Positions 17,927-26,562 of a stretch of DNA of 58,224 nt are shown here, one piece after another. The stretch's first letter is position 1. Every line of letters begins with the position of its first letter. The stretch is from a virus (Duplodnaviria > Caudoviricetes). Both the position numbers and the translations under genes were made by a program. The stretch spans positions 1 through 58,224 of IMG/VR virus record IMGVR_UViG_3300036761_003285. The stretch is one strand, 5' to 3'. A model generated the notes under the pieces. The model was not told the origin of the DNA. It did no database searches and saw only the letters and a program-made list of their open reading frames with translations.

Positions 17927-18585
17927 AGCAAGGTGTTCTAGTTGGTTGTTCGAGAGAGCAAGAGGACTTGCTCGAATGGTGGTGGGGGTGCTACAGTAAG
18001 CACAATACCCTTCCAGTCTGTTTTGTCACTTACGAGTTTGATCTAAAGGACAGTCTTCGTTTGTTGGAAAGAGGCGAAGTGGTTCAAAGTAACGAACCTT
18101 TCTCCAAAGGGACATTCAGGAAGGTGACAGCATTTAGTTTGTCGCCATTTGATGTTAATCTCTGGCTGGATCTTGACTGTGAAGTTCGAGGCGATCTCAG
18201 TCCGATTTTCTCGCTCTTTTCCTCGGGTTGTGTTTTCTGCCCCCGGGGCCCTCGCAAGTGCGGAACAAATGATCCATATGGTTGGTTCAAGATGTGTAAC
18301 TCCGGGTCATGGGTGAGAGATACTGGTCTCATTCTTGCTGATCGAGACGGTCGTTTGTATCGAAAGTGGTTTGCTGATGTGCAAGCTTTCAGCCATATGT
18401 ATCACGGTGAAAACGAGACGCTTGTGGTTGTTGCTGACCGTGAAGGACTTCCGATTGGCGAGGTTTCAGATCAGATGTTTCAATCGTGTCATCTTAATGT
18501 ATACCCGAATCCACTCGTGTTCCACTGGATCGGAGGCCGCGGGAAGTATCTACTCAGAGAGAGGATCGCCCGTGAAAGACTTTGA
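17923..18585 (+). CDS. GT-A glycosyltransferase (third paralogous domain)
   Basis: EWWW...NTLPVCFV, WLDLDCEVRGDL, HWIG; ATGA coupling. Confidence 0.75.
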   Translation: MKQGVLVGCSREQEDLLEWWWGCYSKHNTLPVCFVTYEFDLKDSLRLLERGEVVQSNEPFSKGTFRKVTAFSLSPFDVNLWLDLDCEVRGDLSPIFSLFSSGCVFCPRGPRKCGTNDPYGWFKMCNSGSWVRDTGLILADRDGRLYRKWFADVQAFSHMYHGENETLVVVADREGLPIGEVSDQMFQSCHLNVYPNPLVFHWIGGRGKYLLRERIARERL

Positions 18586-20962
18586 AGTTATTAACCCTAT
18601 TATTACTGGGAAACAAGAGCTGAGCTACCGAACAGGGCAAGGGAAGTATTATCACTTCAACGTGAGGGGTGATACTTTTGCTCTTGATGTGAACTCACTG
18701 ATGTTAATTCGAGGCCTGAAAGAGAATCTACCTCCTCCAAGTGACGAAGTTTCTCAGTTTCCATTCTGTCCTAATCGCAATGTGCTGGCACTTCTATTCT
18801 GTCTTACTCATCAGTGCAATCTGAAGTGCAAGTATTGTTACGTTGATCGGTTGTATTCATCTAACGATCGGATGACTCCCGAGATTGCCGCTACAGCGTT
18901 GACAACCTTGGTCAATCCTGATGCTGTGAGAAAGCAGGGGCTTCGGATCAGCTTTTTCGGAGGAGAGGCACTACTTGAATTCGAACTTCTCAAGCAGATT
19001 GTCTCGCTAGTCAGAACAGCTTTCCCGTCCCCCTGCCCTGTGCAGTTCAGTCTCACGACGAACGGGACGTTGTTGACTAAACCGATTGCTAAGTTCTTGG
19101 TTGAGCATAGCTTTTCAGTGATACTCTCGTTGGATGGCCCTCGTGAGCTCCACAATGAGACACGAATCTCTAGAGGAGGAGCGGGCTCCTTTGATGTTGC
19201 TCTTGAAGGACTCACTTTGTTGAACGAAGTAGCTCTGAAGAAGATTACTCTGAGAGCAACTTTCTTTCCCGAAAATCCTCGAATCATGGAGCGATTGGTG
19301 TTCTTGAATGCACTTTGTGATCAGGGCTTGGCTGCGAATGTCTCAATTGAACCTTCGATCTTGACTGAAAGTGAATGTGCCGCACAAGAGATTGATCAGT
19401 TTCAGGACAAGATCAACGCGGCAAGACTCGAGGCTGAGTACGCTGAGGCTACTGATTGGCTCCTCGGGCGATTGCGGCAGAAGAAGCCTGCGCGTTTCCA
19501 CAATATCATGCTCTATGCTGAGCGATTACTCTATCGTCGAAAGTACTGCAGTGATTGCGGAGCTGGCGTTGGGTATATCTCCATAGGACCAACAGGGAAG
19601 ATCTTTGCCTGCCACAGAGAGACCAACAGCTTGATCGGTGATCTCTCTCAGGGAGGGATAGACGAAGCACTAAGAGCACAGTGGGTAGACAATCGCTACT
19701 ATGTCAACAAAGAGTGTCGGCGGTGTGATCTTCGAAACGTTTGCGGAGGAACTTGCCGAGAGCATTCGCTTGGATCAATGGGTGATATCTTTGATGTTGA
19801 TCCGGTTCGTTGTACTTTCAAGCGACTGTGGATCCACTCAGCTGTGTATCTGATCTCCGAGCTTCCATCTGCTGATCGGACAAGTCTGATTCTGCAGAAG
19901 AAGCCACAGAAGGTCGAACTTCCTGATTCAAAGAAGGAGCGGTTCAACCTTGTTCGGGAAGCTGGCGGGTTTGGTGATATCATCTCCATTGGAGGTGCTG
20001 CTGTTCAGATCAAGAAGGAGTTCCCGAACTCGGAGATTTGCTTGTACTTGCCTGATGATTTCGTTGATGTTGCGAAGCATCTTCGTGAAATCGACCAAGT
20101 AGTAGGTCTTGGTTCTGTTGAGACACTATCTAAGCAACGTCGTGTTCGAGGCGAGAAGTTTGATTCTGGAAAGTACACATACCTTTCGAAAGTGGCTAAC
20201 CGGGGCTTAGTTGTTGATCTCTGGTGTCCTGCAGTCAAGTACGAGCAGCAAGAGAAGGATCGCATTCAGCACACACGTTCGCAGATCTTTGCAAGTGTGA
20301 TATGTAAGGAAGACTCACATGCGATTCCTCGTTGGTTCTCAACTCCTGCAGAACGTGTAAAAGCAAGTAGCTATCTGAACAAGGCATTTGGAGATCCTAG
20401 TGATACTGGACCAACAATCGCCCTGGCTGCAAGAGGCACAAAGGCGGAGAAGAATATTTCAGAGCACCATTTGCAGGATCTGCTTACTTGGTTGATCTCT
20501 AAGAACAGCAATGTTGTGTGGATGGATTGTTTGGATCCCTCTGTCATTCTACACGGGTTTGCCAACAACAAGATAGTTTGGCCGAATGTATCATTCTGTG
20601 AATCCGTAGCAATTCTCGAGCAGTGTGATCTTCTCATTTCTGTTGATACTGGAATCTTTCATGCTGGTGTGGCTGCTCGAGTTCCTACTGTTGGTGTGTT
20701 TGGGATGACAGATGGGAACCCTTATATTGGATTCTACCCCTTGACGTACGTCGTACAGAATGAAGTGCCCCATGAAGGCATTTGCACGATACCTTGCAAT
20801 TCATCTTCGGAAAAAGGACACATTGTAGGTTGTAGTCTGGCATGCGCGCGGATGCAGAACTTGTCGTTTGATGAGTTGAAGCTGGCTGTTCTTTCGGCAA
20901 TGAAGACGGCATCAGCTCCTCAGTTTCAGGAGTACCGGTTGCGCCTATTTGATGAGAAATGA
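18572..20962 (+). CDS. Radical SAM/SPASM maturase (SCIFF/CteB-like) fused to GT9 glycosyltransferase domain
   Basis: ALDVNS N-terminal motif; CNLKCKYC; FFGGEALL; TTNGTLL; SLDGPRELHN; SPASM CGAG..IFACH, CRRC...VCGGTC...C. C-terminal GGFGDII, ISVDTGIFH, VPTVGVFG. GTG at 18572 follows an AGGA SD. Confidence 0.9.
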   Translation: MKDFEVINPIITGKQELSYRTGQGKYYHFNVRGDTFALDVNSLMLIRGLKENLPPPSDEVSQFPFCPNRNVLALLFCLTHQCNLKCKYCYVDRLYSSNDRMTPEIAATALTTLVNPDAVRKQGLRISFFGGEALLEFELLKQIVSLVRTAFPSPCPVQFSLTTNGTLLTKPIAKFLVEHSFSVILSLDGPRELHNETRISRGGAGSFDVALEGLTLLNEVALKKITLRATFFPENPRIMERLVFLNALCDQGLAANVSIEPSILTESECAAQEIDQFQDKINAARLEAEYAEATDWLLGRLRQKKPARFHNIMLYAERLLYRRKYCSDCGAGVGYISIGPTGKIFACHRETNSLIGDLSQGGIDEALRAQWVDNRYYVNKECRRCDLRNVCGGTCREHSLGSMGDIFDVDPVRCTFKRLWIHSAVYLISELPSADRTSLILQKKPQKVELPDSKKERFNLVREAGGFGDIISIGGAAVQIKKEFPNSEICLYLPDDFVDVAKHLREIDQVVGLGSVETLSKQRRVRGEKFDSGKYTYLSKVANRGLVVDLWCPAVKYEQQEKDRIQHTRSQIFASVICKEDSHAIPRWFSTPAERVKASSYLNKAFGDPSDTGPTIALAARGTKAEKNISEHHLQDLLTWLISKNSNVVWMDCLDPSVILHGFANNKIVWPNVSFCESVAILEQCDLLISVDTGIFHAGVAARVPTVGVFGMTDGNPYIGFYPLTYVVQNEVPHEGICTIPCNSSSEKGHIVGCSLACARMQNLSFDELKLAVLSAMKTASAPQFQEYRLRLFDEK

Positions 20963-21798
20963 AAACGATTGACGTTGCTGTTTTCGTGAGGGACAGATAC
21001 GAGCATCTCGTGTTCTGTACTTCCTGGTTGAAGAACAGCAAGGAGTGCCCCGGAGTCGTGTTTAATCGGGTTGCCTATGACGACAGTAGTGCTGATTCAA
21101 GGGTTGGCGAGTTTCTTGGGGGTTCATATGACAAAGTAGAGTCGGTGCCGAGAGAAGTCACTGCTGTTGATCCTGAGCAGCGAATCGGATGGGCGCGGAG
21201 ATTGGCAGTACAGAACTTCCTGAAAAAGTCGATTGCAAACTTTCTGCTGCTTCTCGATAGTGATATCATCGTCACAAAAGAAACAATTGCAGAAGCTGTA
21301 AGAGATTACGAGGCGCTTAATGATTGGGTTGAGGTCGGAGGAGGTACCCTCTACGCCATCAGTCATACAACCGGGCAGATTCATGCGAACGGGAAACACT
21401 TCTCGAAGGTGGCTCTTACAGGTGATGCCCATATGCTGTTCAAGAGAGAGCATCTTGAGCGCATTGGAAACCACTTCAGTACGAAGCCAAAAGGATTTGC
21501 TGACAACCAGATTCAAGCGATTCGTGATCAAGGTAAGGTCTACTTTACTCGTATCAGTCCTCCTTATCAAGTGCAACACATTGGGTTCGGTGAGGGCGTA
21601 TCACTTGTCTACAAGCAGGAGAAGTTCAAACCCTCGTGGACAATGCGACCGTACTGGACCCATGAATCTAATCGAAGGATTCTTCAGGTGGAGAACTTTG
21701 ACGTATTACACTACATCAATTGCATCAATGCTGTGGGCGGCATCAGCGCACCTGAGGAGTACACGAAAACCAAAGGAATAGCCAATGAACACAAGTGA
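20959..21798 (+). CDS. GT2-like glycosyltransferase
   Basis: VAVFVRDRYEHL, YDDSS, LLLDSDII, VQHIG. Confidence 0.75.
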   Translation: MKTIDVAVFVRDRYEHLVFCTSWLKNSKECPGVVFNRVAYDDSSADSRVGEFLGGSYDKVESVPREVTAVDPEQRIGWARRLAVQNFLKKSIANFLLLLDSDIIVTKETIAEAVRDYEALNDWVEVGGGTLYAISHTTGQIHANGKHFSKVALTGDAHMLFKREHLERIGNHFSTKPKGFADNQIQAIRDQGKVYFTRISPPYQVQHIGFGEGVSLVYKQEKFKPSWTMRPYWTHESNRRILQVENFDVLHYINCINAVGGISAPEEYTKTKGIANEHK

Positions 21799-22231
21799 TG
21801 TGGTACGGAAAGAACTTCGGGGTGAAGTTGTCTTCACACAGGTTTCTGCCTTCGGTGAGCGCCGTTTAGTACAGACAAATCTAGTTGTTAACAACGCCTA
21901 CAGGCAGCTTGCATATCTTCTTGGGTATACAAGCCTTGCCTGTGTCAATCGCATGCGATTCGGAACCAGTGGGACCGCGCCGGCAATGGGAGATCTCAAC
22001 GTCGTTCCCGTACCGGCTGTTGGTTTTCTCGTTACCACTAACACCTTTCCTAGTGCCACAAGTGTGAAGTTCACAGCGAGTTGGGGCCCGGCAGAATCAT
22101 CCCCGGCGTCCTTTCAAGAGGTGGGCCTTTTCTCCTCTGACGGCATACTGGTTGCACGAGTTGTGTTTTCTCCAATGATGAAGTCTGTCGGGTGGACCTG
22201 GACGATCGAATGGACGCTGGCATACGTATGA
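21785..22231 (+). CDS. Tail-collar/fibre-attachment baseplate protein, paralogue 1
   Basis: NLVVN...FGTSGTAP...QEVGLFSSDG.LVARVVF..K pattern. Confidence 0.7.
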   Translation: MNTSDVVRKELRGEVVFTQVSAFGERRLVQTNLVVNNAYRQLAYLLGYTSLACVNRMRFGTSGTAPAMGDLNVVPVPAVGFLVTTNTFPSATSVKFTASWGPAESSPASFQEVGLFSSDGILVARVVFSPMMKSVGWTWTIEWTLAYV

Positions 22232-22238
22232 GGTGAAT

Positions 22239-22673
22239 ATGAAAGGCAGATTGGTCGTTTCTGAGCACAACCTGAAAACAGGGAAGCGTCGAGTGGTTGT
22301 TGACGTACAGAACATGATTCTGAACAACATGTACGAGCAGTTCATCAAGTTGTTCGGATGTGCGGGGAATGAGGCTTACTTGGCCAAGATGATCTTTGGG
22401 ACGGGGAACGATGCCCCTGATCCTACTCAGAGCTTTCTCAGTCGTCCCATCACTCCTGCAAAGAATGTGATTTGCACTGTTGATCCAGTCAACTATTCGG
22501 TGCTGGCTACTGCATCACTGCTATCTGATGAGGGAAATGGCTTTCCGATTTCCGAAGCTGGCCTGCTGACCTACGACAACGTTCTGGTCACTCGAGCGGT
22601 TTTCGATACTAGGATGAAGACTTCAGATTTTGTATTCAATTTCAACTGGACGGTCTATACCAAGGCACCGTAG
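22239..22673 (+). CDS. Tail-collar/fibre-attachment baseplate protein, paralogue 2
   Basis: NMILN...FGTGNDAP...ISEAGLL...LVTRAVF..KTSD; GAGGTG SD. Confidence 0.7.
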   Translation: MKGRLVVSEHNLKTGKRRVVVDVQNMILNNMYEQFIKLFGCAGNEAYLAKMIFGTGNDAPDPTQSFLSRPITPAKNVICTVDPVNYSVLATASLLSDEGNGFPISEAGLLTYDNVLVTRAVFDTRMKTSDFVFNFNWTVYTKAP

Positions 22674-22797
22674 GAACGGCGGGGACTTACAGCTGAACCG
22701 CACATGCTTCTTCGTATTTCTGAAAGATTTTTTTAGGATGAATTGAGGAGGCCCAGTTCTCTAGGCTCAACCCCAAAAGAAAGTTTTGGGTTGGCTA

Positions 22798-22826
22798 TTG
22801 CCGTTTCATGCGAGATACTATATAAT
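22798..22826 (+). promoter_or_regulatory. Sigma70-type promoter
   Basis: TTGCCG - 17 nt - TATAAT; AGGAGG SD at 22851; marks the switch from structural to DNA-metabolism genes. Confidence 0.8.
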
Positions 22827-22861
22827 GTATACAAGGAACAACAAAGTCACAGGAGGCAGTC

Positions 22862-23440
22862 ATGAAAGTCTACACTACTGAGGCAGAACTGGAGAAATAC
22901 ATACTCGAGAAGAAGTGGATTGCAGAGAGTGAAGCAAACCGGTTCTGGAGACGCTTCTTCGTTAAGACCGGAACCGTCGATCACGACGACATTCTTCAGG
23001 AAGCCTACAAGGCGCTGCACATCTCCTTGCAGTACTTCAACAAGTCTGCATCTGTGTTTGAGGCTTTGGATCCATATCTGAGGCTTGGCATTCGCGGTGA
23101 GTTGACCAACTGGGTGAACAAGACGAAGCGTCAGTTTGATCTCACCTACGATGATCCTTCCATCATCGAGAATATTCCTGAGGACATCCAAGACCTGATG
23201 CCAACGATGGAAGACATCGAGATCCTCTCGCCGCTGAGTCCGGGGGCGATGGGTTTTCTGAAGTGCATCTTCACGCCGAGCGATGAACTCAAGGCTCGGA
23301 TCAAGGCGAAGCTCACATCGGGCCGGCCTTACGCAAAACACATCCTCCCAACCATCCTTGAGTGGATGGGGATCACCTACGAGCAGTACTACGAGATTCA
23401 GAAGGAACTCCAAGAGAAGTGCTTGTACGAGCCAGCTTGA
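22862..23440 (+). CDS. Sigma-factor-like/HTH regulator
   Basis: DHDDILQEAYKAL resembles sigma region 2; C-terminal LEWMGITYEQY is HTH-like. Confidence 0.45.
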   Translation: MKVYTTEAELEKYILEKKWIAESEANRFWRRFFVKTGTVDHDDILQEAYKALHISLQYFNKSASVFEALDPYLRLGIRGELTNWVNKTKRQFDLTYDDPSIIENIPEDIQDLMPTMEDIEILSPLSPGAMGFLKCIFTPSDELKARIKAKLTSGRPYAKHILPTILEWMGITYEQYYEIQKELQEKCLYEPA

Positions 23441-23492
23441 AGCTCTGAATTCGTGACCGAAAGTTGTAATACATACAGGCGGAGGTACAGTC

Positions 23493-24380
23493 ATGAAGGT
23501 CACAGGAGTAGTAGGAACAACCAGAGGAAGCGCTCATTTTGGAATCAAGCCTTATCCTGTTGTGGTTGAGAGACCGCTGTGTGCAGCGGACAGGACAATC
23601 ATTCATATTGTCGTTTACACTGACTTCAAGGCTATCGGTGAGTCGGAATTTGAGGTTGATAAAACGGCGAGGTATCATTTCAGTCCTCTGGTAGTTTCTC
23701 TTACACCTCAACTTGAGCAGTTGTATACGTCCTTGGGTGGAGATATTGAAGTGCTCAAGCGCCAGTTCTTGGCAGAAGAAGAGGCAAGAGCAAGTGAACG
23801 TGAGAGGTTGATAAGGAGACGGCGGATGAAAGGCGAATCAACATGCCCCGGATTCGAGAAGGCATACGATCCTGACGTCATCGAGTGCAAGGAATGCAAG
23901 ACGTTCTTCCCCACCGAGTTTGAAGCTTGTAGGCGAGCCTGCATGAAGCAGGCCGAAGGTGAAGGCGGTAAGAGCATGACAGACAAGGAGGCACAGAATA
24001 TGTCACCCGCAACCGCCCAGACAACGCAGCAGCCCGCCGCGGCACCGGCCCCGGTGGCACCGCCCGCAGCTCCTCAGGTCCCGAAGGAGCCGAAGGTGAC
24101 GGTGGAGAAGAAGACCGGGAAGTACGAGGGGTTCCGCGAGGGCAGCAATGCCGATGCCCTGCAGAAGTTCTTGATGGGCAAGGGCAAGGCTACCGTCGAG
24201 GAGTGCGCGACGTACCTCGTCGGAGTGTCGAAGAAGCCCCTGGACCTCAAGAAGGCCACCGAGACGGTGAAGGCCTATCTGTGGGAGTGGAAGAAGGGCG
24301 AGTGGGCCGGCGTGAAGCGGCCGTTCCCTTTCACCGTGAAGGTCGACGGAGCGAACGTCGAATACACGAAGAAGGCCTGA
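23493..24380 (+). CDS. Hypothetical protein with Zn-finger and Lys-rich C-domain
   Basis: CPGF...YD....ECKEC...C; Ala/Pro linker; GGAGG SD. Confidence 0.75.
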   Translation: MKVTGVVGTTRGSAHFGIKPYPVVVERPLCAADRTIIHIVVYTDFKAIGESEFEVDKTARYHFSPLVVSLTPQLEQLYTSLGGDIEVLKRQFLAEEEARASERERLIRRRRMKGESTCPGFEKAYDPDVIECKECKTFFPTEFEACRRACMKQAEGEGGKSMTDKEAQNMSPATAQTTQQPAAAPAPVAPPAAPQVPKEPKVTVEKKTGKYEGFREGSNADALQKFLMGKGKATVEECATYLVGVSKKPLDLKKATETVKAYLWEWKKGEWAGVKRPFPFTVKVDGANVEYTKKA

Positions 24381-24400
24381 CCCCGGCGACGAAGGTCTTG

Positions 24401-24436
24401 GAGTAGAGGGCTGGCTGTCCGGCCCTCTACTCTTTT
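24401..24436 (+). terminator. Intrinsic terminator
   Basis: GAGTAGAGGGCTGG-CTGT-CCGGCCCTCTACTC followed by TTTT. Confidence 0.8.
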
Positions 24437-24453
24437 CATGAAAGGCCAATCAG

Positions 24454-25122
24454 ATGGATTCAAAGTTTGATGGTGTAATCATTGTCAGCGGGGGTTTGGA
24501 TTCTACAACTCTTCTGTATCATCTTGTCAAGCAGAATCTCAAGATCACGGCACTCAGTTTCGACTACGGTCAGCGTCACTCAAGAGAACTCGTTTGTGCC
24601 TGCTGGCAGTGTGACTCCCTGAAGGTTCCTCACAAGATCATTGATCTCGGTAACATCAAGCAGCTTCTTCAGGGCAGTTCTCTCACTAGTCCTGAGATTG
24701 TCACACCTGAGGGGCACTACGCGCAGGAGAACATGAAGTTGACGGTTGTTCCAAACAGGAACATGATCATGTTATCCTTAGCGATCGCCTGTGCAATCTC
24801 TCTCAAGGCACCCAAGGTGTGGTATGGCGCTCACGCCGGAGATCACGCAATCTACCCAGATTGCCGCCCGGCGTTTGTCAAGGCCATGCAGAGGACGGCT
24901 GATCTTTGTGACTGGAATCCTGTTGACATCGAAGCTCCCTTTCTGGGAATCGACAAGGCTGGGATTGTTTCGATAGGTCTCGAGCTGGGTGTGAGGTACG
25001 ACCAGACCTGGACCTGCTACAGTGGCAGGGAGAAAGCCTGTGGGAAGTGTGGTTCTTGCAGTGAGCGGCTCGAAGCGTTTGAGAAGAACCATTTGAAGGA
25101 TCCACTTGAGTATGAGCATTGA
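24454..25122 (+). CDS. queC: 7-cyano-7-deazaguanine synthase
   Basis: SGGLDSTT, YGQRH, VPNRN, YPDCRP, CY...CGKCGSC.ER. Confidence 0.97.
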   Translation: MDSKFDGVIIVSGGLDSTTLLYHLVKQNLKITALSFDYGQRHSRELVCACWQCDSLKVPHKIIDLGNIKQLLQGSSLTSPEIVTPEGHYAQENMKLTVVPNRNMIMLSLAIACAISLKAPKVWYGAHAGDHAIYPDCRPAFVKAMQRTADLCDWNPVDIEAPFLGIDKAGIVSIGLELGVRYDQTWTCYSGREKACGKCGSCSERLEAFEKNHLKDPLEYEH

Positions 25123-25669
25123 CCAGAAGAAGCTCGAGCAGGCGACTCTGTTGTTCCTGGAAGGACTTGGTCTTGATACAGAAGATCAGCACTTCAAGAA
25201 CACTCCGGCTCGAGTGGCTCGTGCGTGGAAGCAAGACTTCGGTGCTGGTTACGAGATGGATCCCGAGAAGGTCCTCACAGTGACCTTCTCGGATGACTAT
25301 GATGAGATGATCGTTGTGAAGGACATTCCCGTCCTGAGTTACTGCGCGCATCATGTGGTGCCTTTCTTTGGCAAGGCCAAGGTGGGTTACGTACCAAACA
25401 ACCGGCGTATCACCGGGCTCTCCAAGTTGGCGCGCATTGTCGATGTCTTTGCTAAGAGGCTTCAGGTCCAGGAGAGATTGACCCGGCAGGTTGCCAGTGC
25501 CATCAATGATATTCTCAAACCCAAAGGGGTTGGTGTAGTGATTTCAGCGAGTCACATGTGCATGAGTCACAGAGGTGTTCGTGCGGTGGGGAGTGAGACT
25601 GTCACGAGCTGCCTCATAGGGTGCATGAGAGATGAGCCAGAAACGCGAGCTGAGTTCCTCCAGTTCTAA
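25112..25669 (+). CDS. folE: GTP cyclohydrolase I
   Basis: TPARVA, CAHHVVPF, GLSKLAR, QVQERLT, HMCMSHRGV. Confidence 0.97.
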   Translation: MSIDQKKLEQATLLFLEGLGLDTEDQHFKNTPARVARAWKQDFGAGYEMDPEKVLTVTFSDDYDEMIVVKDIPVLSYCAHHVVPFFGKAKVGYVPNNRRITGLSKLARIVDVFAKRLQVQERLTRQVASAINDILKPKGVGVVISASHMCMSHRGVRAVGSETVTSCLIGCMRDEPETRAEFLQF

Positions 25670-26108
25670 GCCCGAGGTAGTAAAGCGTTATTTGTGTTGG
25701 GATGAGTACTACGGGCTTGTTGTGGATCTTGCCGAGATGATTCTTCAACACGCACCTGGAACAAAGCCGATCTACCTGATTGGTATCCCTCGAGCAGGGG
25801 GGCTGCTCGCTCTTCTCATGACTTACCTTCATGACCGGTTTTTCATGTTTGATCAAGGTGCAGTGATTGACCCAAAAAGAGCACACATCTTCGTTGTCGA
25901 TGACATCCTCGATACGGGCACCACACGAAAGGCCTACGGAACCTTATATCCCTGGGCAGTATTGATTGACAAATCGCCAATCACGAAGATTCCGCCTGCA
26001 GATCTCGCTGCCGACACATTGACCCATAGGCAGTGGGTTGTATTTCCTTATGAGGTGGATAATAGCAAATCAGAGAATATCAGCAGAAAGGCGCGCGGGT
26101 ATGATTAG
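25632..26108 (+). CDS. Type I phosphoribosyltransferase (purine PRT-like)
   Basis: GIPRAGG, VVDDILDTGTT PRPP loop, WVVFPYE; start uncertain. Confidence 0.85.
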   Translation: MSQKRELSSSSSKPEVVKRYLCWDEYYGLVVDLAEMILQHAPGTKPIYLIGIPRAGGLLALLMTYLHDRFFMFDQGAVIDPKRAHIFVVDDILDTGTTRKAYGTLYPWAVLIDKSPITKIPPADLAADTLTHRQWVVFPYEVDNSKSENISRKARGYD

Positions 26109-26562
26109 GAGAGCAAAAGATGACGTTTCGAAGCTGAAGTCGCTCGGAAGTAAGGTGACGATCTACCCAAATTGTTCCGGAGCGAATGTGCTTCTGCTCG
26201 AGCGCTTCCCAAACAAGTTTGAGGCTCCTTACATGGTCGAGCTCAGAACGAGTGAGTTTACCTCACTCTGTCCCAAGACCGGACAACCTGACTTTGGTAA
26301 GATCAGGGTCAGATACATTCCGAACAGGTGGTGCATCGAGTCCAAGGGGTTCAAGTTGTACATGTTCTCGTACCGTGGCGAGCATAGCTTCATGGAGACC
26401 ATCACGAACAACATTCTGAAGGCTCTCTCCTTACTGGTCCATCCAAACTGGATGGAGGTCACCGGAGACTTTGCTGCTCGAGGCGGTGTCGGGATCAAGG
26501 TTGTTGCCACCTACGTCAAGGGCCAGGTACCATCCTCTCGGATGTCGAGAAAGGGCCGATGA
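26101..26562 (+). CDS. queF: PreQ0 reductase (unimodular QueF)
   Basis: EFTSLCPKTGQPDFG, ESKGFKLY QueF motif, F.ARGG. Confidence 0.92.
   Translation: MIRRAKDDVSKLKSLGSKVTIYPNCSGANVLLLERFPNKFEAPYMVELRTSEFTSLCPKTGQPDFGKIRVRYIPNRWCIESKGFKLYMFSYRGEHSFMETITNNILKALSLLVHPNWMEVTGDFAARGGVGIKVVATYVKGQVPSSRMSRKGR

Noticed and set aside
17704-18571. Long upstream starts given by the ORF track (17704, 18335; also 26038, 31111, 32264, 41419)
   Set aside because: They overlap upstream genes; later starts have SD sequences or stop-start coupling and begin at the family N-terminus.
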